Below, one piece after another: positions 17,616 through 25,989 of a DNA stretch of 64,000 nt. Within the stretch, counting starts at the first letter, position 1, and each line of letters opens with the position of its first letter. The notes under the pieces are model-generated. The model worked only from the letters and a program-made list of their open reading frames with translations, was not told where the DNA came from and made no database searches. Source of the DNA: Candidatus Limnocylindrales bacterium (GTDB lineage Bacteria; Chloroflexota; Limnocylindria; Limnocylindrales; CSP1-4); contig DASTIG010000259.1 of the NCBI GenBank assembly GCA_035717785.1, positions 11,316-75,315 on the forward strand, given 5' to 3'. A program made the translations under genes and the position numbers.

Positions 17616-19489
17616 CGGGCTCCTCCTGCGACGCCGGGGGTGCCGGCCAGCTGCGCATCCCGGTACGACTCCTTGTAGAGCCGTCCGTCAGTCGAGATCT
17701 CCTGCAACTCGAACCGCTCCATCGTAATGGCGTCGAACGGGCACCGCTTGACGCACAACGCGCAGCGGATGCAGCGCTCCTCGTCGAGGATCATGGCGCC
17801 GCCGTTGTCCCAGCCGTAAGCCTCCTCGAGCTCCGGCAGGAGGCCCTCGGACTTGAGCGTGTTGATGTCGGTCATGTGAATGACGCCCTCGGGGCAGACA
17901 TCCGCACACGCGCCGCACAAGACGCAGCGGAACGGGTCGAACCAGATGTTGTAGTTGCACATCAGGCAGCGGGTCGATTCGGCGACCGCGCCGTTCGCGT
18001 CGTAGCCCATCTCGACCGGCGTGTTGAAGTTGACGATCGGATCGGTCGATGGCATCCGCGCCTGGAGCGGGACCATCGGGATGTGCTGGCGGGGCAGGAC
18101 GTCGTAGAACTCGGGCATGTCGTGGCGCCACGAACTCGTGACCTTCACGTTCGCGTCGACCGTCACGTCGGTCCGGCCGGCGAGGTAGCGGTCGATCGCG
18201 TAGGCGGCCTTCTTGCCGTGCCCGGCCGCCTCGATCAGCGTCGTCGGGCCTGTCACGAAGTCGCCGCAAGCGAACACGCCGCGGACGTTCGTGGCGTACG
18301 TCGCGGGGTCGACCTTGACCCGGCCCCGATTGATCTCGAAGCTCGCGTCGACCGGCAGGAACGTCAGGTCCGCCGCCTGCGACACGGCCGGGATGACGGT
18401 CTTGGCCGGGACGAGGAACTCCGATCCCTCGATGGGGACCGGGGAACGTCGACCGGATGCGTCCGGCTCACCGAGGCGGTTGCGGATGAACTTGACGCCG
18501 GTAACCTTGCCGTCTTCGCCGAGCACCTCGATCGGGCTGGCAAGGAACTCCATCCGGACGCCCTCGCGCTCGGTCTCTCCGAGCTCCTCCTCGTCGACCA
18601 CGAGCTCCGAGCGGGTCCGCCGGTATGCGATCGTGACGTTCTCGGCGCCGTGGCGCAGGCTGGTCCGCGAGCAGTCCATCGCGGTGTAGCCACCGCCGAT
18701 GACGACGACATCGTTGCCCACCTCGAGCGGCTGACCGAGATTGGCGCGCTTCATGAAATCGACGCCGTAGTCGACGCCCTCGAGGTCGGCGCCCGGGACG
18801 TCCAGGGCGACGGCGTCCATCGCCCCGGCCGTGATCGCGATCGCGTCGAAATCGCGCTGGAGCTGATCGAACGTGATGTCTTTGCCGATCGTCGTGTCGT
18901 AGACGAATGCGACCCCGAGGCGTTCGATCAGCCGGACGTCCATCTCGATCGCCTCGCGCGGGAGGCGGAACGCGGGGACGCCGATGAGCATGGTGCCGCC
19001 GCCGTACGGGAGGCTGTCGAACACCGTGCACTGATAGCCCTTCATGGCCAGCTCCCGGGCGACGGCCAGGCCGGCCGGGCCGGCGCCGACGATGGCGACC
19101 CGATCGACCCGCGGCGCGATGTCGGGCATGACGTCCGGGATGCCGGACGCCTCGTGCCACTCGACGAGGAACCGCTTCATCGCCCGGATCGCCAGCGGGC
19201 GATCGATGTCGCCGCGCCGGCAGGCCCGCTCGCACGGCGCGGAGCAGACGTACGAGCACATCGCTGCGACCGGGTTCGGTTCGCGGGACAAGATGTAACC
19301 CTCTTCGAACCGGCCTTCGGCGGCGAGGTTGAGATAGCCCCGGCAGTTGGTCCCGACAGGGCAGGCTTCCTGGCATTCGATGTTGCACTGCAACCAGGAG
19401 GCGTCGACAGGCTGGACGAGGAATTCCTGGGCTGGATCGATGGCCAAGCGGGCGTGCCTTTCCGTGGAGTGGTCGGGCTCGGGGCGCAA
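17612..19489 (-). CDS. GltD/SudA/NfnB-like NAD(P)H-dependent iron-sulfur flavoprotein with a C-terminal 2x[4Fe-4S] ferredoxin domain
   Basis: N-terminal Cys cluster (CNIECQEACPVGTNC ... CSYVCSAPCERAC), FAD site VAIVGAGPAGLAVA, NAD(P) site VVVIGGGYTAMD, and two CxxCxxCxxxCP motifs (CLMCNYN..CVLCGACADVCP; CIRCALCVKRCP). Confidence 0.8.
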   Translation of the reverse strand: MRPEPDHSTERHARLAIDPAQEFLVQPVDASWLQCNIECQEACPVGTNCRGYLNLAAEGRFEEGYILSREPNPVAAMCSYVCSAPCERACRRGDIDRPLAIRAMKRFLVEWHEASGIPDVMPDIAPRVDRVAIVGAGPAGLAVARELAMKGYQCTVFDSLPYGGGTMLIGVPAFRLPREAIEMDVRLIERLGVAFVYDTTIGKDITFDQLQRDFDAIAITAGAMDAVALDVPGADLEGVDYGVDFMKRANLGQPLEVGNDVVVIGGGYTAMDCSRTSLRHGAENVTIAYRRTRSELVVDEEELGETEREGVRMEFLASPIEVLGEDGKVTGVKFIRNRLGEPDASGRRSPVPIEGSEFLVPAKTVIPAVSQAADLTFLPVDASFEINRGRVKVDPATYATNVRGVFACGDFVTGPTTLIEAAGHGKKAAYAIDRYLAGRTDVTVDANVKVTSSWRHDMPEFYDVLPRQHIPMVPLQARMPSTDPIVNFNTPVEMGYDANGAVAESTRCLMCNYNIWFDPFRCVLCGACADVCPEGVIHMTDINTLKSEGLLPELEEAYGWDNGGAMILDEERCIRCALCVKRCPFDAITMERFELQEISTDGRLYKESYRDAQLAGTPGVAGGAR

Positions 19490-19709
19490 CGTGATGATCG
19501 GCTGTTCGCCGACCGCCCGAATCTACCATTCGCCTCGTGAGGGCTGCAAAGGCGCGGCCGGGCGCGGTGAGCGTGCGCCCCGCCGTCGAGACGCGTTCAC
19601 GCGCACGCGTCACAGGTTGACGCTGACCCGTGTTCGCAGCTACGCTGGCCATGCGGGGGAAGCCGCCCGTGCTCGGTGAGGAGCGCGATCGGATGGAGTT
19701 GCGGACAGC

Positions 19710-21455
19710 GTGACCGGGAGCGAGTTCGTCTTCCTGGCGTTCGGCGTGATCCTGGGGATCGCCGCGGGTGCCGCCCTCATCGAGTTCATCCGGGCACGGC
19801 GACCCGCGCGTGGGGTCCGAGTGATCGTGGCCCCGGACGCCGTCCCCCGCCGTCGCGCCGCGACCCTCGCCAACGATGCCTTCACCGACTCACCGGTCGC
19901 AGTGGACCCGGCCCACGGGGGCCCGGCCGACCGCCAGGGCCTGCTGTCGAACAACGGCCTGTCCGAGCCGTCATCTCGAACACCTGTTCTCACCCCAACG
20001 CCCCGGCCTGTGGCCGAGCCGGCCTTCCGGCTGACCGGGCCGACACCCCCGACGGTCGGCCCTCTCGTGCCAGGCGCCCCAGGACGGGCCGCCGCACAGG
20101 GGATGCCGATATCGACCGGCATCGACCCGATGCTGACCGCCCTGCGGGCGAGCGCCGCCGCGAGCGCCGCGTCGGCCATGCAGGGTGCCGCCGCGCCCGT
20201 CGCCACCGCCGTCATGACGGAGTCGGAGGAGCCGGCCGAGGTCGCTGCGAAGGCCAACCCGGCGTCGACGACGAAGGGCCGAGCGACGAAGGGTGCGAGC
20301 CAGGCGGCGCCCGAAGCCCCGTCACCGACCGAGGCTCCGAGCGGACCGTGCGGTGAGGCGCGGCGCATCGCCGATGAGCGTTGCGAGCTCGCGACCCGGG
20401 CCCGAGGCCAGGCGGTCGCGGCGGAGGACACCCACCGGGCAGCGCAGCGTGCCTACGACGACCACGAGACCGCCATGGCGGAGGCCGCCGCGTCAGCCGA
20501 CGCCCGGGCGATCCGCCAGGCCAAGGACCAGGCCCAGGCACGATTCCGCGCAGGGCGGGCCGGGGCGCGCACCGCCGAGGACGTCGAGAACGCGGCACGC
20601 GACTGGCTCCACGAGATCAATAGGATCAACGCCCAGACCGGCGACGCGACCACGATCCTCGAGCGCACGCGCGCTGCCGCCCCCGAGATGGCGGTCCGCC
20701 TGGAGCGGACGGCCGTCGAGGCAGATGGGGCGCGGGTCGCGGCCGAGACCGCCGAGGCGGCGTGCGTGGCGGCTCGCCAGGCCGTGGCGGATTGCGAAGA
20801 ACGCGCCGCAGGCGGCCGTCCGAGTCCGCCACCGACCGGCACGGACGACGATCGGGACCGGGACGACGCGGCATCCGACACGCTGGTGGCCGCTTTGCGA
20901 GCCGGGGCATCACCACGGATCGTGCGGCTGCTGCGCGGCGATCGGACGGCGATGCACGAGGTCGTCGATGCGCTCGGTGGCGACGACGCCGATGAGCGGC
21001 GCCGATGGCAGGTCGCGATGGCCGATCTCACCGACGCGATCGTGGCCGATGCGATCGCCGCGTCCGCGTTCGACTTTCCGACCGACCACCCATTCTGGGG
21101 TCCGTTCAACCGGTCGCAGGGGCGCGACATCGCGGCCGCGCTGTCGTCACTCGGTTATCGATTCGATGGGCTCGGCGGCTGGGTCGACGATCGGTACCCG
21201 TCGCAGCGCGACCTGTCGCTCGCGCTCGGCTATGCCGGCCTCGACCCCATGCGCATGCGTCACTGGCCGAACGACGCCGAGATGGCGACGCTGTTCCAGG
21301 AGGTCGAGGTGGCCGCTGCGGAGCACCTTGCCAACACGGCCGGTGACCTTACCCTAGGCGAGCTCGTCGCGATGCTTGGGCGGCGGGCCGACGGACTAGC
21401 GGACATCTGGAACGAGTGGGGACGGATCCGGCCGGTCCTGCTCGACGAGCGCTGA
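19710..21455 (+). CDS. Membrane-anchored Ala-rich coiled-coil protein of unknown function
   Basis: Single N-terminal TM helix, a long Ala/Glu/Arg-rich helical region, and a conserved-looking C-terminal domain. Codon bias is consistent with coding. Confidence 0.5.
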   Translation: MTGSEFVFLAFGVILGIAAGAALIEFIRARRPARGVRVIVAPDAVPRRRAATLANDAFTDSPVAVDPAHGGPADRQGLLSNNGLSEPSSRTPVLTPTPRPVAEPAFRLTGPTPPTVGPLVPGAPGRAAAQGMPISTGIDPMLTALRASAAASAASAMQGAAAPVATAVMTESEEPAEVAAKANPASTTKGRATKGASQAAPEAPSPTEAPSGPCGEARRIADERCELATRARGQAVAAEDTHRAAQRAYDDHETAMAEAAASADARAIRQAKDQAQARFRAGRAGARTAEDVENAARDWLHEINRINAQTGDATTILERTRAAAPEMAVRLERTAVEADGARVAAETAEAACVAARQAVADCEERAAGGRPSPPPTGTDDDRDRDDAASDTLVAALRAGASPRIVRLLRGDRTAMHEVVDALGGDDADERRRWQVAMADLTDAIVADAIAASAFDFPTDHPFWGPFNRSQGRDIAAALSSLGYRFDGLGGWVDDRYPSQRDLSLALGYAGLDPMRMRHWPNDAEMATLFQEVEVAAAEHLANTAGDLTLGELVAMLGRRADGLADIWNEWGRIRPVLLDER

Positions 21456-21461
21456 CGGCCG

Positions 21462-22220
21462 CTAGCCCTTCGACTCGTCCTCGTCGTCGTCGATGACGAT
21501 GACGCGCAGGGCCTCCGCCGCTCCGGCACTGATCGACTCACCCTCCTCGGCCGCCCAGCTCCGGATCCGTGTGGCAAGGGCATCCATGTCGCGGATCTGG
21601 CTGCGATGCTCGCCCAGGGCGGCGAGCTTGCGGTCGAGCGTCCCCGTGACGTCGACCCATGCATCGGGCCGCTCCGACCAGAAGAGGTACAGGCGCCTCA
21701 CCGCGTGGGCCGCCAGGCCGTCGCGAGCCAGGGCAGGGAATGCCATCGGGTTGCGCGCGGCCGGATAGACGGCATCGACCGCAGCGAAACCCGCCGCACG
21801 ATGATCCGTGTGGTTCACGCCGCCGCCGCGATGGAACACGGCCTCCGGGTCGGTGGCGAAGACCGCGTCCGGCCGGAACGTCCGGATCTCGCGGACGAGA
21901 AGCTCCCGCAACGGAAGGTCGTTCGCGAGGGCGCCGTCCGGCTGGTGGAGGAAGCTCACGCCCGCGTAGCCGACCACGGCCGCCGCGGCGCGCTGCTCGG
22001 TCTCGCGCAGCGCCGCCAACTCGAGCGGATCGGCGTCCGGGTCCTCGCCACCCTGGTCGCCCGACGTGCAACACACCAGCCAGCCGACGGATCCCGCATC
22101 GATCCAGCGGGCGGCCGTGCCGGCCGGACCGAAGTCGGCGTCGTCCGGGTGACCGGCGATAACCATGAACCGGGCGGGCCGCCAGTCGTGGTCGCGAGGC
22201 GGCTCGGGCGGGCCCGTCAT
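21462..22220 (-). CDS. PIG-L / LmbE-family N-acetylglucosaminyl deacetylase
   Basis: VIAGHPDDADFG motif. The start is uncertain; the track ORF extends to 22331 and the internal ATG was chosen. Confidence 0.65.
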   Translation of the reverse strand: MTGPPEPPRDHDWRPARFMVIAGHPDDADFGPAGTAARWIDAGSVGWLVCCTSGDQGGEDPDADPLELAALRETEQRAAAAVVGYAGVSFLHQPDGALANDLPLRELLVREIRTFRPDAVFATDPEAVFHRGGGVNHTDHRAAGFAAVDAVYPAARNPMAFPALARDGLAAHAVRRLYLFWSERPDAWVDVTGTLDRKLAALGEHRSQIRDMDALATRIRSWAAEEGESISAGAAEALRVIVIDDDEDESKG

Positions 22221-22376
22221 GTGGCGCGCCGGCGGGGGGCTCCAACACGCCGCGGCCATGCAGGAATGTCCTTGCGGGCCGTGTGAGGGGCGCGTACGCT
22301 TGAGGCCGAGGCTTCGCTCGTCTCCCCCCACGGGCGAAGTCTCATTCCATTCCCGGGAGGACCCGTCACCGGCCGG

Positions 22377-22859
22377 TCAGCGGGCGACGGCCTGGAGCTC
22401 GTCCAGGGCGGCCAGGACCTCGCCGGCGTGGCCCTCCGGCTTGACCTTCGGCCAGACATTGGCGATGCGTCCGGCGGGGTCGATCAGGAACGTCGTCCGG
22501 GCCGTTCCCATGTAGGTCCGCCCGTAGTTCTGCTTCTCGACCCACGAGCCGTACGCCTCGGCGACCTGGTGATCCTCGTCGGCCAGGAGCGTGAACGGTA
22601 GCCCGAACTTCTCGCGGAAATGACGCTTGCTGGCGGCACCCTGGGGGCTGATACCCCAGACATCAGCACCCCGCTCGGTGATGGTTTGGTTCGCGTCGCG
22701 GAACTCGCAGGCCTCGACCGTGCAGCCGGGGGTGTCGTCCTTGGGATAGAAGTAGAGGATGGTCCAGCGGCCGCGTTGATCGGCGAGGTCGTGGACCGTG
22801 CCCGTCTCGTCGGGCAGGGCGATCGGGGGCGCCTGATCGCCGACGGTCGGCATGCTCAT
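22377..22859 (-). CDS. bcp: Thiol peroxidase, Bcp-type peroxiredoxin
   Basis: YFYPKDDTPGCTVEAC peroxidatic Cys motif. Confidence 0.85.
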   Translation of the reverse strand: MSMPTVGDQAPPIALPDETGTVHDLADQRGRWTILYFYPKDDTPGCTVEACEFRDANQTITERGADVWGISPQGAASKRHFREKFGLPFTLLADEDHQVAEAYGSWVEKQNYGRTYMGTARTTFLIDPAGRIANVWPKVKPEGHAGEVLAALDELQAVAR

Positions 22860-22861
22860 CG

Positions 22862-23554
22862 TCAGAGCGTAGCAGGGGTCTCCACGATGAGGAGCCGGCC
22901 GGCCCGGAGAGTGACAGTCGCGGTCTCAGCGGTCCGCACGTTGGACAGCCCCCTGCTGCGGCCGACGAGCAGGGCCTCGTCCTGGAGCGGGAACTGGAGG
23001 CCGATGGTCGTCACGCCGGTCGCGTCGGCACCGACCGGCAGCAACGACACGAGGTCGTCGATCCGGCCGCTGAGGTCCTCCTCTTCAGGCGAGCCGTCCG
23101 GCGCGGGAGCCGACAGCAGCCGGACGCGTGCATCGGCGCCGACCAGACGGACGTCGACGGCGCGGAGCTCCGGCATCGCGAGGAGCGCCAGGTTCGCGAG
23201 CGCATGGTCGAGACGCGGGCCGCCGAGCGCGCCGAGGATCGTGATCGCCGACGGCCGCTTGGTCAGCGCCGCGGCGACGGCCAGCTCGGTGTCGGATTCG
23301 TCCTTGTCGACTGGCGCCCGTTCGACCGGGATCCCCGCGGCCTCGAGGGACGCGATACCGTCCTCGCCGAGCGAGTCGCCATCGCCGACCCACAGATCGA
23401 TACGCAGCCCGAGCGCTCCGGCATGCCGCGCGCCGCCGTCCGCGGCGACCACATACGGGTCGGGCGCCAGCCAGCCGGGCCAGGCCAGGTCGATCGCTGT
23501 ACGCGAGCCCACCTCGCCGTCCGCGAGGACGATGGCCTGGGTGGTCGACACCAT
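22862..23554 (-). CDS. Thiamine pyrophosphokinase
   Basis: LWVGDGDSL and the TPK fold pattern. Only the C-terminal 230 aa of track ORF 22862..24202 are real; the rest is an antisense artefact. Confidence 0.65.
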   Translation of the reverse strand: MVSTTQAIVLADGEVGSRTAIDLAWPGWLAPDPYVVAADGGARHAGALGLRIDLWVGDGDSLGEDGIASLEAAGIPVERAPVDKDESDTELAVAAALTKRPSAITILGALGGPRLDHALANLALLAMPELRAVDVRLVGADARVRLLSAPAPDGSPEEEDLSGRIDDLVSLLPVGADATGVTTIGLQFPLQDEALLVGRSRGLSNVRTAETATVTLRAGRLLIVETPATL

Positions 23555-23602
23555 GCTGCGGATGCTAGCGGTCCCGCACGAACCCGATGCTAGACTCCGG
23601 CC

Positions 23603-24163
23603 GTGCCCACCCCCATCGACCACCCTGCCGTCCGACGCGTCATCGCCGCTGCAGAGCGGAAGGGGATCGACCTCGACATCGTCACGTTCGACGAGTCGAC
23701 CCACACCGCCCAGGAGGCGGCGCTGGCGGTGGGCGGCGAACTCGGCCAGATCGTCAAGGCGCTCGTGTTCGTCGCCCCGTCCGACGCAGGGCCCGAACCG
23801 ATCATCTGTCTCGTGTCGGGTCAGAACAGGGTCGACGTCGCCCGGCTGGCGGCGGTCGCCGGCGAGCCGGACATCCGTCGGGCCACGGCTCGCGAAGCGC
23901 ACGAGCTGGTCGGCTTCGTCATCGGCGGTATCCCGCCCATCGGTTTCGATCGGCCGGTCCGCGTGATCATGGACCCGGACCTCGGGCGGTATACGACCGT
24001 GTGGGCAGCCGCCGGTCTGCCGACTGCGGTTTTCGAGGTGCCTCCCGCGACGTTGCGCACGCTGGCCAACGCCACGGTCGCGCCGATCAGCGAGGAGCGT
24101 CGGGCCGCCGATGTCGAGGCGGACGAGCAGGGATCCGGTCGCCTCGCCTCGACGGGGGCGTGA
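23603..24163 (+). CDS. ybaK: YbaK / prolyl-tRNA-synthetase-associated aminoacyl-tRNA deacylase
   Basis: YbaK/ProX editing-domain pattern (VKALVFV, GFVIGGIPPIG). Confidence 0.7.
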   Translation: MPTPIDHPAVRRVIAAAERKGIDLDIVTFDESTHTAQEAALAVGGELGQIVKALVFVAPSDAGPEPIICLVSGQNRVDVARLAAVAGEPDIRRATAREAHELVGFVIGGIPPIGFDRPVRVIMDPDLGRYTTVWAAAGLPTAVFEVPPATLRTLANATVAPISEERRAADVEADEQGSGRLASTGA

Positions 24164-24759
24164 CGGCACAGGCGGGGTCGAGCCGCGTGGCTCGCGAACC
24201 ACGCAACGCGACGATCGCCTACCCGGGCGGTCTGCGCGCGCGCTGGCGCTGGGGCGGCAGCGGTCAGTCGGCCGACGTTTTCGCGCTCAGCGAGGCCGGT
24301 GGAACGCTCATCGACCTGGGCCCCAACGTCAGCTCTGACCCCGATGCCCTGTGCCGTGCCGAGCTCCGGCTCGAGGGCCCGCGCGGGTCGTGGACGGCCC
24401 GGTTCGCCTCGACGATCTTCGACGAGCCGAGGGCGATCTACTGGGACACGGCCGGTCTGCTCATCGTGGCTTACGGGTTCCATACGTTCGGGCTGGACGC
24501 CGCCAGCGGCACCCTCCGCTGGGAGCATCGCTCGGCATCACCCATCATCGCGCTGCTCGGGTCGCCGCGGCTCGGCCACGTCCTCGTGCAGGCCGAGATC
24601 GAGACGTTCGCGCTCGAGGGGGACGGGACGGTCGGGTGGCGGGTCGCCCACTCGGACGTCGTCACCGCCGCCGAGCTTGTCGGTGGTCGGCTGGTCCTGA
24701 CCGGGTTCGACGGACAGCTCAACGCCCTGGATCCTGCGACCGGCCGGTCGGCGGGCTGA
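24160..24759 (+). CDS. Hypothetical protein
   Basis: GTG start overlapping the ybaK stop (GTGA). About 199 aa with coding-like composition and no recognised domain. Confidence 0.35.
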   Translation: MTAQAGSSRVAREPRNATIAYPGGLRARWRWGGSGQSADVFALSEAGGTLIDLGPNVSSDPDALCRAELRLEGPRGSWTARFASTIFDEPRAIYWDTAGLLIVAYGFHTFGLDAASGTLRWEHRSASPIIALLGSPRLGHVLVQAEIETFALEGDGTVGWRVAHSDVVTAAELVGGRLVLTGFDGQLNALDPATGRSAG

Positions 24760-24910
24760 CCGCGATGTGGACAGACGGTGGATAACCCGGCGCTTGTCGC
24801 CCACATTCGTGGATGACCGCCGTTGACCGTGTCGAGGCTGCACCCGTAGCGTAGAGGTCAGCCCGGAGGGGCCGAACGATACTAACGGCGGCGATCGCAT
24901 CAACGCCCAC

Positions 24911-25879
24911 GTGTCGTGGAGGTTCCTTCGGGCCCTTCCATGTCCGGCCACTCACGGACGAGCGGGTATAGTCGCCGCCGTGACCCCCCTGATCCCGATC
25001 GTCGTCGGCTTCGTCGCGCTCGGCATCGGCGTCGCGATCCTGCGGACACTCGGGACGAATTACCGAGTCGGACGGCTCCTCGCGGTGACACCTGTCGTGC
25101 CGGTGGCGCAGGCCCGCGAGCTGGCCTCCGGACCGCCGCGGTTCGTCGCGGTCCGCGGCCGGATCGATGCCGAGCAGGAGTTCGAGGACGACGCGCACCG
25201 CCCCCTCGTGTTGCGTCGGGTCCGCGTCCAGCTCGCCAACGGTCGCGGCTGGACGACGATCGACGAGCAGCGACAGTCTGTGGACTTCGAGGTCCGCGAG
25301 GGTCTCGACGGGATCGCCGTCGACCACGACGCGATCGCGGATGGGCTCATCGTCATCCCGCGCCAGTCCGTCGGGACGGCGGCCGACGCGCCCGACCGCG
25401 TCCCGCCCGGCACGGCGCCGGAGGTCCCGCTGCGCTTGCGGGTCGAGCAGTTGTCGTCCGTCGAGCACGCAACGGTGGCCGGAGTCCCGGCCATCGACCC
25501 GTCGAGCGGCACGGCCCGTATGACCGCCGGTCTTGGACGCCCGCTCATCGTCACGACCCTCGAACGCGATGAGGCGATGCGCGTGCTCGCGGCCGATGCG
25601 CCGCGGCGGCCGCTGATCGCCGTCATCGCGCTGGCGATCGGGCTCATCGCGATCACCGTCGGCCTGGCGTGGGCGGTGGCCGGCGCGCTCACGCAACCGG
25701 CCCTGGCCGCGACCCCGTCGCCTTCGGCCGTCCTCGGCGGAGATCCGCGCAGCAGCGGCGAGGGTCCTGGGCTGGTCGGCGATCCCCTGACTGCCATCGT
25801 GCTCGTATTCGTGATCGGCATCGGCGCCGCGATCACGGCGGCGTTATACGTCCGCCTGACAGGAGGTCGCCGAGCCTGA
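24911..25879 (+). CDS. Hypothetical polytopic membrane protein
   Basis: TM helices at the N-terminus, middle and C-terminus. No recognised domain. Confidence 0.45.
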   Translation: MSWRFLRALPCPATHGRAGIVAAVTPLIPIVVGFVALGIGVAILRTLGTNYRVGRLLAVTPVVPVAQARELASGPPRFVAVRGRIDAEQEFEDDAHRPLVLRRVRVQLANGRGWTTIDEQRQSVDFEVREGLDGIAVDHDAIADGLIVIPRQSVGTAADAPDRVPPGTAPEVPLRLRVEQLSSVEHATVAGVPAIDPSSGTARMTAGLGRPLIVTTLERDEAMRVLAADAPRRPLIAVIALAIGLIAITVGLAWAVAGALTQPALAATPSPSAVLGGDPRSSGEGPGLVGDPLTAIVLVFVIGIGAAITAALYVRLTGGRRA

Positions 25880-25989
25880 TCGCGGGGTCCCGGGCGAACA
25901 TCCGACTGCCGGGACCTTCGGACTATTGGAAAGAACTGTGAGATTGGTAGCCTCGGCCACGTGCACTTCACAGTTCCTCCATCGAGGCG

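Noticed and set aside
22862-24202. 446-aa track ORF
   Set aside because: Only the last 230 aa are thiamine pyrophosphokinase-like. The upstream part is antisense to ybaK and reads as low-complexity R/D/G sequence.
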